This document shows positions 23,252 to 36,925 of a stretch of 64,000 bases of DNA, one piece after another. The position numbers were made by a program, and so were the translations under genes. The number at the start of each line of letters is the position of its first letter. Within the stretch, counting starts at the first letter, position 1. Origin of the DNA: Spironucleus salmonicida (taxonomy: Eukaryota); the NCBI RefSeq assembly GCF_000497125.1, contig NC_090603.1, forward strand, positions 434,001-498,000, given 5' to 3'. The notes under the pieces were generated by a model. It searched no databases, had not been told where the DNA came from, and was given only the letters and a program-made list of their open reading frames with translations.

Positions 23252-24373
23252 TCACCCTCCACCCTACCTATCTAAGAGCTAAATTTCCAACCCCTCAATA
23301 CTCTGCCTGACCACCTTCAGTTCCGCCTTTAGCATAATGACCTATTTTGTCAATTTCTCGTTCTGAGTGCTCAATTTTCGAATTTAACTTTAATTTAGAG
23401 TTTATGCTTCTTCTTTATCGCACTCAAAATTTTTTTGCTGCACGCGAAGCTAGATCTGAAGCCGCATAGCTATTTCGCCGACCGCTACGAAGCTGGCGGC
23501 CGCTGCACCGTTCATTACTTTAACTTCCCGCCCTAGTTGCTAAGCATCAGAGAGCGCGAGCTTGCAGCACTACAGCTAGTCCAAAAAACTGGCTTTTACG
23601 ACTTCGTCACTTTTCCCACCGTCCGCCAGACGTCGATTTGCCGCCAGGCGGGAATTTTCGGCCGTTCCAATTTCCGCTATGGCCGCTCGCTCCCGCTCCA
23701 CCTGCCATTATTACTGCAATTCAGCCCTCTAGCGTACAGACTGCTCCACTGCGCGCTCTAGCTCATACACTTTCGCACGGAGGCCCCGGAGAGCCGTTTC
23801 GTGCCTGGCGGCTATCATAGCAGCCTGCTCAGCTGAACGCGCACGGAGGGTCTCCTCCGTAGCTAAACTAGTTTGACCACAACGTAAAATGCTTAGCTGT
23901 AGTGCGTCTACCTGCCGTTATAGTTCTACGCGTTCGCGTACGGCTGTTTGAAGCGCGACCTACAGGCGCCCGGTCTCCTCGAGCTGTACTTCGTGCTGGT
24001 GGCCCAGGGTGGTATATTGGTCCCTGTATGCCTGCTTATCGATTTCAAGCTGCTTTTGCCGTTTGGTCATCTCGAAAATCTGGCGGATGTAGTGGTCCTC
24101 TGCGGTCTTGTGCTGGAACGGCTCCAGGAACGCAATCCGGGTCCTCTACTCCTCAATTATGCCTGCCTGACCCTGTAGCGCAGCCTGTAGTCTCCGGATT
24201 GTGCTCTGCGCGTGCAAGAACGTCTTCCCCTCTAGTACGAACTGCTCCGCGTCTACGTCATACGCGAAATGCGTTTTCGGCACACCTGCAAAGGTGATAC
24301 GTTCGAAAATGACGCCCTCTGCAGTTGACTTGTTAGCGAGCTCGTAGGCGGCCTATTTCTTGCGCTAGAACAT
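23252..24373 (-). CDS. Coiled-coil protein (373 aa)
   Basis: MFQRKKQAAYELANK...heptad-rich...LLDRQGGG-TGA. Confidence 0.8.
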
Positions 24374-24701
24374 TCGAAAATAAATATATTGTTATATTGT
24401 ATAATAATAGTTAAATTGAATGTGGAATTAGATGTAATGAACTTGCGCCAAATTATCGATTTGTATGCTGTACGGTTTACTAGTCTGGATCCAAGAGCGT
24501 GTAAATGATCTAAATGCAGTAAGGTATACATGAAACTATATATATTTTTTCAAAACTTGCTATGCTATAGCGAACTAGTGGTTGTGGCTATCTTGTACGG
24601 TGCGCTAATAGATGCGAGTTCCTGGATCAGTTTCAATTTCATAATTGAAATATAATTCGGTTTTTAAGTCCCTCCCATCCCCTAAAATCCAAATCCCTCC
24701 G

Positions 24702-26294
24702 TCACTCAACCACCTCCAGGTGCTCAATTTTGCTCTTGTCAATCGCCTGTACCTCCTCCAAAATGGCCTCGATACCCTTCTCGCCCTCCTTGAGCCTGAA
24801 ATACTCCTCCCTAAAAACCTGCCACTGCACGACCAGACAAGTGATTTTCCCAGCCTTTAGAGCCCGCTGGCTCACAGCCTTCATGATCCCGTACCAGCCA
24901 GCGTCGCTGTAGTGATTTCCGCTTATATCAAGTTTCTCGATATTCGTAATATTATTCAATAAATGACATATTTGCACCGCTCCAATTATCCCAAAACCGC
25001 ATTTTCGAGCGATCAACGTCTTGAAATCGCCATTTCCGGCGCCGGGCAGCTTTTTGAAGACGCCAGTCAGCTGCTTACCCTGAAAAGCCTTAAAAACGAG
25101 TTTCTGGCCCTCGCTAAAAACTTCTTTTGAGGCGAATCCGCAGCCGCAAAAGTTCGCTATCAGGAAGCTGATTCCGACGTCCCCGATGTCGTTTTCGCTC
25201 ACGTCGAGGACCTCCAAATACTTGTTATTTTCGGCCAGAAAAGCGCTGAAAACGACCATTCCGGAGGCCGAAAATCGGTTGTTTTGGAGCACCAAATTCG
25301 CGACGACCGAATTTTCGATCTGGCGGCCCAAACCGAACAGGAACTCGTCCGTGAGGTCGTTATTCGAGACGTTCAAATACGAAATTTGGGACGAATCGAT
25401 CGATTTGAGAAGTTGTTGCACGTTGTTATCGCCAAGTTTGTTCGACTGCAAATTGAGCGAAACGAGCGTTTTGCAGGTCAGAATTAGCTTCTAAATGACG
25501 TTTCCGGCGATGAACTGATTTTGGAGTTTGAAATTTCGCATTTTGAGCGGAAAATCGATTTGCGAGCCGAATTGACTCGAATTTTCGGCTTCTGAAGGCG
25601 GCAAACGCGGAATCGTTTGGTTGAAATTCAGGAGGCACGTGGAGGCGCTAGAGGCCGCCAGGGGCTTCTGGGGGTCCAAAATGTCGCTTCCTGGCACGTT
25701 TTTCGACAAAATTTGGGGTGTACTTGAAAGGTTTGAAGCGGAAATTTCGAGCTCTTTGAGGTCGTTTTGGGCGATTTTATCGGTCGTTTCGATGGCGCTC
25801 GGGATCTCAGCGTGTGCGAATTGCGTCAGGGAGGCCACGATTTCGACGAGGCCGAGAACGCCGAGATTTGCGTTTTTGAGACAGATTTTTGCGAATTTTG
25901 GCAGAATTTGGGAAAGCGATTTCGCGCCGTTGATATTCAGGGGCTGATTTGAAATTAAATTTGGGTTTCCGCTCCTTAATTGAGTGATAATAGCGTTTTA
26001 TGGGTAATAGTCATTTTTGGCGCAATCTTATAAATAGAGTGAAAGGAGGTCTTCTGGGTTGTAGTTTTGTTGGATATCGGAGATTAGCGGGATATCCTGG
26101 TTGACGAATACCTCTGCTGGCGACGGGGCGCTTTCTAGCGTCGAAATGAAATCATTTACTTCGGTTGGCAGATGCGCTGACAGGTGCGTTTTAACATCAG
26201 AGCGTGCAGACTATGACATATTTTGAATGTGATGGGAGCGCGCGGAGGGTGAGGACTGCTCCTCGAACTCGTGAGCTTCTTCGACTAGCTCCAT
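24702..26294 (-). CDS. Leucine-rich repeat protein, RNI-like (530 aa)
   Basis: Repeats LNVSNNDLTD, LVLQNNRFSASG, LDVSENDIGDVG, LDISGNHYSDAG; in-frame ATG at 26294. Confidence 0.85.
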
Positions 26295-26438
26295 TTGCTT
26301 GGAGTGGTTTGCGTTGAATATAGACAATTATATGATATACTATATAATAATGATGTTAATGTTTTTGTTTTAACTATTTAGTAATGAGCATTTTAGATAA
26401 TATTATGTAGTATATATAATTGAACTTGCTTAGCTTAA

Positions 26439-29400
26439 ATGGAGTTTGACAAGACAATAAAGCTTCTCAAGCAAAAAAGGGATGATAATAAAGACTAGCT
26501 TTCATATAACTAAATATATTCCTAGCTGTAGAAAGTAACTTGTCCTGATTAGATATTAAATTTCCTAAAAGCACTGCTTAAAATGTTTTAGCAGAATATC
26601 GAGCGCGAACAATTCTTTAATCTTAACTTCCCAGTTATTATTTTCAAGTTAGGTTTACTTAAGTATGAGGACGAAAAAATATTCTAAATTTGTGCTGTTT
26701 TGCTACGGAAAATAATGTCTGAAACCTCTGAGTCATGTAAGAAAGTGGAAGATTAAATACTTAAATATTTACATAAATCGCGTTATAACGAAACTCTATA
26801 ATTTTACATATTAATAGGAAATATTTGTACTAGTCCGACGTCGTCAGAAACAATTTTGCATTCAGCTATACCCAATTTGCTAGTTAAATTTTATCATTCA
26901 AAAATATCAACATAATGTAAAAATACTTAATTATTTGAAAGTTTAGATTTGGTTACAATGAAGAATCGGTTAGATGAGTCTGACTCCGAGAGTTAGAAGT
27001 CAGGGGCAACCATGCTATCTTCTTTAAGCTTAGATGAGGATATCGCATATAAACGAAATGATAATAACGGAGAGCCTTTGTCTGCCCGTTCCATTTTATC
27101 TGATTTTGGTAACACCTTGCTAGATGATGATTAAGACTTAAAAAAATAAGCTGATGTTGAAACATTTTCAGACAGAGATAAGGATTTTGATAACTAATCT
27201 GTACATAAAGATCGATAGGGAGAAGTCTCCTAGCTAAGCCGAGAAGATGATATGAGTAATATGGAGGATTAAATGTCTATGGGTCAATATAATCGTGAAA
27301 GTTAGGAATCTGTCCATATGACAACTGACACTATTGAAGAGCTGGCTCCAGATAATCTAGGGCATAATAAAAGCGTTTCTCAACTTAAAAAATTACCTTA
27401 AAAAGTAGTAATGAAAAAAGATAAAGTTCCAGTAGAATAATAATCCTAATAAGAGGAGCCATCTCGCAATAGTTAAGATTTTAGTGATTAAGAAGAATTT
27501 TCTAGGCAAGATTCAGGTAATTAAGATCAAGATAAGAAATACTTAGAAAATGAGATAGACAATCATTCTCAACATGAATAAGATTCAAAATATTCGGCAC
27601 ATAAATAATAGAATACAGTTTTTAATAAAAATAATGCTAATCAGGATGTTGAAGCCGATACTAGAGAATAGACACCTGTTTAAGAGGCTGTATTTCATGA
27701 CTAATTCAATAGCTCTGTTGATATGACAAAAGAACTCGATAATAGAAGAAAGCATTAGGACAAATAGCAACGAGTTGTTTTAGCTATAGCAGGTCCATTG
27801 TCATAAGCAATATACAATAAACCAAAACCAAAAATTATCCCATTACTTAACTTAAAATTATTATAAGAAGCACCATTACAACTAGATTAGACAAGATTTA
27901 TCGAGCCTGAACATTATGCAAATCCATTAGCATCGCCAACTAGATTACTGATTAGTCCGATGGCGAAATCAAAGAAAAATAATGAGGATATCGATCAAAC
28001 TTTTAAGAAATAATTAGAGTTTATTAATTAATAGAGGAAAGGTAGTATTATTTTAAATGAAATTGGCAACCTTATTGGGTAATTTACTGCGATGTCTGAC
28101 TATCCACTTATATCCAGTATAATTAAAAATACTAATTAATAGACAGTTATTTTTCCTGAATAATAAAATGCAGCGGAAATTTATATATAAAAATATTTTA
28201 CTGACCTTAATTCTAGAGAAGTTTTTGATTACGATTTTTCTTTTTCTATGTTGCATAAAATAATGAATTAATAAGACAATTTTGATGTTTTAGACATCTA
28301 GCGCCTAGGAATTTTATATATACTGCATGTTTTGATTAAGAATTCACCTTAGTTAACTGTTTAAATTCTTCCTTCTACACATGTAATGTTCACTTATGAC
28401 ATGATTTAACTTCGTTCCCAAAAATAAGGTTTTTTACCTGCATCTTTATTAGCTCTACATACAATAGTAGCTGATATTACTTAGGCAAAACTAGTCCTCT
28501 AAATGGATTTGTGGAATCAAGCGCTTACATAGATGCATACCCATGTGTCTAATGATTATGAATTTATTAACGTTTTCAACGAGAAATTAACCACTTTTGA
28601 TGATCCAGAAGCATATGAACGTAGAAACATCAATCTTCCATCACTTGTTTTTCTATTAGAACGTCTAGAGGGTACACGCCGAAAAATGGTCCTAGAATTG
28701 AGAATTCTTGCTACAAAACTACGTGACCTCTGTCTATTCCATAAAAATCTTTCTGCTGTTGAAGACCTACCACATGTAATTGGGTCGATAGTTGATCTTC
28801 TAGAGTGCTCATAAGGATCTAAGTTTATCCGTGCTGCTGCAATGGAGCTATTATTGCCTTCAATTATGAAGCTCATTGAGTTAATTTTGACTAAAAAAAT
28901 AAAATCGCGTTAATTTTACGTTTTTATATCACATAAAGTGATATAGCTAATATCTATTTTGATGAAAACATCTAATTCCGCAAGAGATTTATAGTAAGCA
29001 AACATAGACCAAGTGTTCTTAAAAATATTTGTTTTTAAGGGATTAGAAGTAGTTCCATGGCTTAGAAGATATGCTTATTTGATGCTTGTTAATTCTCGTG
29101 TAAGGCTAGAACTTTCAGGACTATTTATAAACCAAAAATAATGTGATACAACCTTTAGTATAATACGTATATCATTTGCATAATTTGTAGCTAATTTAGC
29201 AAAATTGATTTATAATTTATTCTTCCAGTTCTTTAATTAAGCCGAAGATGGAAAAGTTGTCAATTTGAATGATATAACGGTACCACAAGAGGCAAATTTA
29301 CTCGAAAATAACTTTCCTTAAGGGGATGATAGTAAATTTGACCTAAATAGCAAAATGTTGCATTTGCCTGTTCATTAGCTGTGTGAAAGCATTATTAATG

Positions 29401-32400
29401 GAGATAAATTATATAATTTGAAAAATGAGAATTAGTTTTAGACATAACATAACATTGTGAAAGAAAAGTTTTGTTGCACAGGAATGGGAGTCGATTTTAC
29501 AGATTTTTTGTTCTTAATTGATTATGATACTGGTGTTCTAATGTAATTTGTAATGTTGCATTAAGCAACAGTGTTGGAAAAAGATAATGAACGGGACGTT
29601 TATTACAACTGTTTGGTTGCTATTAAAAATTTAATTGCGATTCCAACATTTTTAAATATTATTCCTAAACATCAGGTAAATAAGCATTTAATATTTCATT
29701 ACTTGTCTTTTTTAAAATTCTATAATTAGAGTTTAGAGTTTATGAATAAAAAGTTTAAAGTATCTAGTTTTTAGCTCGCCGAAGTCCATTTATAGGTGTT
29801 AATTGAATTTGCTAATTCAAATGATGCTGCAATAAGATAGCATATATTAATTATTAAAATTATTGACTTTTTGGCTTAATAAATATAGTATGAAAGCCTT
29901 ACTGAAGCTGAGCGAGCTTCTAACAAATAATAAAGAACTAGCTTATTGCCTACTTATAGAGCGAACATTGGTGATTCTACAAACTCAGATTTAGATTTTG
30001 GAATGGATTCAGATATTGAAGATAAAAAAGCGGAAGAAAAACCGGCATTAACATAATTATCGTTAAATTTCTTAAGCATTCCTGCTTAAGGAAAAGAAAT
30101 TCCAACCGAAGATACAAAACCTAAAATATCTTTATAGTTACCATAAAAACTATAGCTTTTAGGCACTGATGGCTCAAAGGATAGTGGATTACTTATGAAT
30201 TTACCTTCATTAGCAGAAAAAGGTAAGATAACATCTAAATTGAATTTAAAGTTGCCGAATTTCAGTCTTACATCTGACAAATAAAATACTAAATCGGTCG
30301 ATGAATAATCATCATTTTAAAACAGTGACACCTAGCCTAAGATGTCACCTTTCAAAATGACATTAGCTCTTCCAGGTCAAAGCTCTGATAAAACTGAAGA
30401 TCCAGTAGTTTATAGTAATTTGAAAAATAATTAACTAAATGATGATATTGAGTCAGATTCTGATGGATGGGGTGATACAGCAACGCGTTTAAACATAGAT
30501 ATCGGTTAAAAAGACTCAAAGGAATATTCTCCACAATAGGTCACTAATTTTGACGATTTTAGCGATTCGGACGACATTCCATTATCACAACCTATTAAAA
30601 AGATGGGTTTTAACATTAATTTAAATTTAGGCAGTGTAGCTCCAAAAGAGTCTGAAAAAGTTGTTGTTCCAACGATAGTGTTATAATAAGCTGATCTTAA
30701 TCTCAAGATGCATTTAGTATTGGCTAAGCAATCTGGTAGATAAAATCTAGGTAAAGAAGTTGTAGTATAAGAAGAGGTTTTAGATGAAAAGGATGTATCA
30801 AATAAATCAGATTCATTTGAGTTTGAGGAATTAGTTAAAGTTGATAATAAGGACATTAATGATTTAGACTAAGAAACAGAAGTCCCTCTGATACCAATTT
30901 ATTATGATGACAGTTTACACTTTACTGTAATTAAATTTATACTCATTCTTATTACAAACCCTAAAACTGGAGGTCTTGATTGCAATTATGTCACACAATT
31001 TCCAAGTAATAATGGTATGGTAAACATTCCAGTTATATTGCACAATCACTTAAATAATGATCGAAACACTAAGATTGTTAAATAACTGATCAAAGAATAA
31101 TTTGGTATGAGCTAAAGACGACTTTTACGTCTTCTTTGTTTTTCATAGTTTAATTCTGAATATTATGATACTACCAAGTATAAATTATTGGCAAAAGGAG
31201 CTTACGGGGAAGTCTATTCTGGTAATGTTAATATTACAAAGAACGAACGTTAGTAGAAAAATGCGGTGCCTGTGGCTGTTAAGTTATAAAAACTTAGTAA
31301 TGGGCTACATGAACGATGTGTTTTGCATGACCTTTTCTAAGAAATAACTGTACTCGAAAATATTTAATCAGACCCAAATTTCTGTTAGCTTTATGACTAT
31401 GGAGTTACACCATAAGGTTATATTATTATTATGTAACGATATTATACATCCTTTAAAAATTTTAGAGAGTAATTGTTTGCGCATTCTGATTAGAAGCTAA
31501 GATATTAAAATCCAAAGAAAATGATTGAGTATGGCCATGAAACTAGTATGATGACTTATATTAGACTACTGCTATTAACATACTTAAAATTTATAGAGCA
31601 GTTAGACTTACTGCATCAAAAATATTACACAATTCATTTCGATTTGAAATGTGATAATATTTTCATTAATCCTGCATCCTTCAAGTGGTTAACTATGAAG
31701 TCAACTCCAGATCTCAATAACAATGGAATTTTCTAGCATGAAATTATGACTAAACATTTAAAGGCTAAACTGACTTCACAATTGCCTTATAACTTATAAA
31801 TTGCAGATTTTGGCGAATCTCACATGTTCTCTTGTCAAGAAGACGAAAATTCTATGCTTTCAAAAGGCACCGAGTTTAATAAATCGCCTGAAATGCTGGT
31901 TGCGACGAATCAATAATTTGCGAAATCATTCAACAGAAGACGTTAAAAGGGTGCTGGAAAACCATCTGATATCTGGTCAGCAGCATGTACTTTATTCGAA
32001 ATTTTGACAAACGACTATCTATTTTACGATAATGATTGGATTAGATTTTTCCTGAGAATCACGAGTTAGTAGTCCTAAACTGCCGAGTATGGAAAGGATT
32101 CATTTACATTCAGCAATGTACCACATTTCGCATAGTTAGTCCGCGGAGTGAAGTTGTCGCCTGAAAAGTAAGCCATGTTAGGTAATTGTAGGCCTATTAT
32201 TGATTTATTAGAGTTTTAACTCGTTTAGGACCCAACAAAAAGGCCATCTATATCACAAATAAAATAAATGGTAAATCATGTTCTCACCGTATATTTCCCA
32301 TCGTAATACTAATTTAATGCAGAGAAATACGCTAGTTCAAAAAAACCTGAACCCGCGCATCCAGGAAATGCTTTTAACCCTAATGCATGGTAATATTCCT

Positions 32401-33584
32401 TAATGGCTGCTTAATAAGATCTTATGGGCAACCCAAACGAAATTCTTGCCCCTAAAGTAAGTATTATTTGCAAAGATGATAAAATTACGGGAACGAAACT
32501 GACATAAGCGAAACCTCTATCTTTAGCGTATGCAAGTGACCTTCTACTCAATAATCAAATTTTATTAGGTGGACTAAAAGACGTTTAAAATGCCAAATAT
32601 ATGAACACCACAAACGTATCAACAGTTATTGATTGCACGATCCAACAAGTGGATGCAAGAATCACTACAATTTCCCATGTTTATCGACCATCAGTCAAGT
32701 TATTCAAAATATACAAGGGTCAAGACATTGATAAATTGAGCTTCAAGGATTTTATTATATCATTAGAAGAAGTTTTTGATGTCGTACGCTGTGCGTTGGT
32801 TAAAAATGCTGCTGTTATGATCGTCGATGAGACTGGATTCAATTTCTCCTCCTGCATCGCTGTAGCTTGCTTAATGGAGTTTGAAGATTTATACCTGTAC
32901 CAGGCCGTTATCTACCTGAAAAGGATCCGTCCTGCCGTGTTGTTGTAACAGAAATTCCTCGATTTCCTTTAGATTTGGCACGATAACCGAACGAAAATTG
33001 GGGTTAAAATGATGTCCATGTTCTCTTCGTAAACAATCAACAAATAGATCAATCTGGAGGCACCGGAAAACTACCAACTGGCCACATAGCGCGTCGCGGA
33101 AGCGAACTACCGTTGTATGTGCGGGAAGGTGTTTTTCGTCTAAAAAATGTTCACAAGTACATCATATGTGCTGTGTAACTGCGTGGCATCTAAACCGTAT
33201 AACTACACAGTTTCGGTGAATAACCAGGCAATTTCGTGCCCCAGCACATCCTGCAGGACGCTGCAGAATTACTTCGTTTCGCTTTATGGACTGAACACGC
33301 CGAAAATGCTCTACTGCTATGGTAAGAACGAAGACTTCATCAGCAACTGGCCAAGGGCCACGATGCTCACAGACGCGGTACCGAACTTCGAGCAAGCTGA
33401 GAACGCGCAGATCCAGTTCCGGGGTGTGGACAACATGAGGGCTCCGCTGTACCGGATGTAGAAGAAGGATGGTTGGAGCCTGTTTATCTGCAAGATTTGT
33501 GGGTCGCCGACACATTTCATCAAGGTGGACCAGAAGGAACAGGACCGCCAGATAGCCGTGATCTGCAACATCAGCAACAAGTGA
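26439..33584 (+). CDS. Large Ser/Thr protein kinase with C-terminal dual-specificity-phosphatase-like and Cys-rich regions (~2381 aa)
   Basis: One frame contains AKGAYGEVY, VAVK, HFDLKCDN, DFG, GTEFNKSPE and SDIWS, then a DSP-like ILLGG...VSTVIDCT...VMIVDETGFNFSSCIAVACLM...AVIYLKRIRP. Ends AAG-TGA. Confidence 0.88.
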
Positions 33585-33642
33585 GAATTGGCATTTTGCT
33601 TTTAACCCACCTCTCGACTGTGCCGGGCATGCAGTGTACTCT

Positions 33643-34186
33643 TCTTCTGCTGCTGCTTGAGCTAAGCCATCTTGGCCTCAAGTGTGCCGGCGGCGATGTC
33701 GATGCAGATGTTGCGGGCGGGCTTGAGGACGGACTTGCTGAGCAGGTCCTTCTCCATCGCGAGGCTGGCGGTGGGGCCCACGCGGACGTCGGGCCGGAAG
33801 CGGGCGAAGTTGGTGACGATGAAGCGCACGAAGAAGGGGCCGTCGAGGGAGAAGAACTCGCGCGTCATGTCCCCAAAGGCGCGCAGGTCCTTGATGCGCT
33901 CCAGCTTGCTCTCGGGCTCGGCGAAGAGGTAGCGCTGCGTGAAGAGGTCCAGGTGGAAGGCGTCTTCCGGCTGCCGAGTCGGGGCGCGCACCTGCTCCTG
34001 GGACGCGTTGGGGAGCGCTCTCCGGGGCTGCAGCGCGGGCAGCGCCTGGAGCGAGAAGGACTGCGCGGTCTGGAGCATGCGCTGCTGCTGCATCACGCGG
34101 TGGGGCGAGCGGAAGCGCTGCGGGCTCAGGGCTGGCAGCGCGGGGGCCTGCAGCTCGACGGAGCGCGCGAGGGGCGAGGACTTCAT
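33643..34186 (-). pseudogene. 3'-truncated copy of the 19889-20545 gene
   Basis: Homology ends after LKQQQK. The native C-terminus and stop are missing, and the frame runs on antisense to the kinase gene. Confidence 0.7.
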
Positions 34187-34403
34187 TCTGCGCTCCGAGA
34201 CTTATCGCGATTCGGATATTGGGGCAGTCCCGAATACCTCACTGTAGACGTTGCGAGCATCGCTCCCATTGCTCGTGCCGCTCCAGAATGACCACCGCGC
34301 CGGACTGCCTCCAGGTTCCCGGCTGCGGATACTGCGAGCCCGGCAACGCCCTCGCCTGCCAGGGTTGCCTCGCGCCCTTCGTCTTCCTTGACGGCGTATG
34401 CTA
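33643..34403. repeat. Direct repeat copy 2 (761 bp)
   Basis: Matches 20002-20762. Confidence 0.95.
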
Positions 34404-34737
34404 CCCTTCTGGTACATCCTCACTTCCCAACTGCGAGCGCGGCTTCGTAGCCCCGTCCGGAATTTTCTGTGACTGGTGTACCCCTGGATACTACCTGACA
34501 ACCGGAAGAGGATGCGCATGTTGCCCTTCTAATTGTAGACGCTGTGACGCCTCTGGTTGCAGGCGCTGTGAGGATCTCTTCTTCTTCAATGGCAAGCGGT
34601 GTGCACGGTTCTTATTTACAACAGACATCACCGCAACGCATATAGTGTACATAATAGCATGCCTTCTAGTGATAATATACCTCTTCTTCTGGTCTACGTA
34701 TCAGTGGTACTGGAGGGATCGAAGGAAAATAGAGTGA
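34288..34737 (+). CDS. Small cysteine-rich membrane protein (CXXC motifs, C-terminal TM; 149 aa)
   Basis: CGYC, CQGC, CDWC, CRRC motifs; TM HIVYIIACLLVIIYLFFW; tail RDRRKIE; ends GAG-TGA. Confidence 0.85.
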   Translation: MTTAPDCLQVPGCGYCEPGNALACQGCLAPFVFLDGVCYPSGTSSLPNCERGFVAPSGIFCDWCTPGYYLTTGRGCACCPSNCRRCDASGCRRCEDLFFFNGKRCARFLFTTDITATHIVYIIACLLVIIYLFFWSTYQWYWRDRRKIE

Positions 34738-35110
34738 GTCAAAAAGTCTCGATCGACTCCTATCATTTACAATTTAATCAGACACTTGCGTTTAATTATT
34801 AATCATTCCCCTTTATAAATAATGATATTTCATATTGATAATCTAGGTATCCTTTAATCTGAGAATCTAGCACAAGTATTCAAGCTAATTATATAAATAA
34901 TAAGACTATTTATTATAAATATTTGACTAACTTTGTTACCACATATATAATTAAATAATTTTACATTCTGAAAAAATTATAACATATATCTAATTTTCAT
35001 TATTACTTATGTTTATTAATAACTCTAACTTTAAATACAAAATAAAATGATATTTGATACATTAATATATATTTATTTAGTATAATATAATTTTCACTTC
35101 TCTAAAATTG

Positions 35111-35983
35111 ATGACGTCTCAATAATAAGACGAGCCCAGCAATATGTCTGAAATGGAATACGTTCCAGTCAACTATTTCAGATTACCAACCTACAAATAT
35201 TCTTAATAAGCAAAAGATTAGAACTTATTATTCTAAGTTGGTGAGGAAGCTTCTGATGAATTAATCGGCTATATATAAACGCCTTTATTAGTCAAACCAA
35301 TTTCCTACGATTCAGAAGCATACCCTAGAATTCATATCAATTAAATATCAGAATACAAACATCCTCTTCCCCCAATTTTTATTTTAACCAAAGTAGAGGA
35401 TATTTAAGAGCTCATCAATGCCACCAAAATACCTATTGAACCTATAACAGGATTTGCCACAAGCACTTTTGCTAGTGGGCATGATGTTCTATTCTTGCCC
35501 ACTGGAGTGGCATACAAAGTTGCAAAGGGCGAGACCAAGCTACCTGCAAGTGTTACTTAAGGCCATAAACCGACCACCAATCAAGTTAAAAAAGAGCAGG
35601 ACAAACCAGCCGAGGTTTAAATTCCCAAAATTCCAGTCAAGTATATCTTATTATCAATTATTATCTTCGCTCTTGCAATTTATTTTGCATTTAAATAATC
35701 AGAAAGTCATATTTTCTCCGGTGATAACAAGAGCTTGATTCAGAGAGCTTCCATTTTAGAGCAGCTTTCTTTAAAAGCCAATGCGACAGACGTCGAAATA
35801 AGACAGTAGTACAAAAGCTTGCTGATAAAATATGATATTTCTCTCAATCCGACATGTCAGTGGTGCCCAGCACGTTTAGAATAGGTTCAAGCAGCTTACA
35901 AGTAGCTAAATTTAGAGGAAGTAGTAATTCCGACCTCGTGGGATAAAGGTACAGATGGCGTCGTGAAAGGAAACTTTAAGTGA
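35111..35983 (+). CDS. Membrane J-like protein lacking HPD (290 aa)
   Basis: TM YILLSIIIFALAIYFAF, then LSLKANATDVEIRQQYKSLLIKYDISLNPTCQWCPARLEQVQAAYKQL. Paralog of 40468-41379. Confidence 0.8.
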
Positions 35984-36760
35984 TCACATCATTTTTTCTG
36001 CCAACTCGCTCCACAGAACCGACCATTTAGACTTCATTTCAGCCTTCTCCTTCCACCAAGCTGACTTTTCCTTTTCGTAAATCTCTTTTATTAACTATAG
36101 CTATTAGCTCTAATCGTCTAGTTAACTCCTTAAACTCTAAACTTCAGCCTTTTCATGTGCTGCCTCTTCTTCTAGTAACGTCAAAACCTGGCTAACTGCA
36201 AAAGGAAGCTCCGATTTCGCAGTTTACAAAAATATTTGATTTGAAATTTGACTTTCCACTTCTTTTTCCATTTATTTTTATTATTAAACTAAGCGCTAAA
36301 GAGCAATATTCTAGGACTAAACAGTGGGCTATTTAACTTCGTTAGATTTGAGTAAGATATTCAGTTTTTCAAGCTCCAAATTTTGGCTCTCCAAAACTTG
36401 AACCCTAATGTTCAAATTTTTGTTAATCGCGAGAATCTCATTTTCACGCTTAGCGTTATCTTCTTTGATCCTCTAAAACTCTTCCTAAAAATCGTTTTTT
36501 GGAGTCTTGATCTGGTCTGAAATGATTGCTCGATGAAACTTCGCAGTCTGAACCATTAGAGACGAAATCTCTGCTGAAACTGCATGAAATGCTTCCTGGG
36601 CCGGCAGCTTCTGCTCAGAGTCTAAAACGGACCATAGGACGTCTTTGGTCTGTTCCAGTTGGGCTTATATTTATTTTAAAATTTGAGGAAGTTGTATACT
36701 GTTGATGTTAGTGGGTGGGATTGAATATCCGTATTTTTCCAGTTTTTACAGTTGGTCCAT
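35984..36760 (-). CDS. Coiled-coil hypothetical protein (258 aa)
   Basis: MDQLQKLEKYGYSIPP...WSELAEKMM-TGA. Its stop abuts the neighbouring stop (TGATCA). Confidence 0.8.
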
Positions 36761-36925
36761 AATTAAATGAAAGGTGAAATTATAGGATTAGATAATAATA
36801 ATAATTATTATTATACATCTAAGGAAGGGGAAATTTTAATGAATTTTATTCATATAATAAATTAAATGGTTATATATTATATTCTAGTTTATTAATATGT
36901 TTGAGTTATTAATAACATAAAATAT

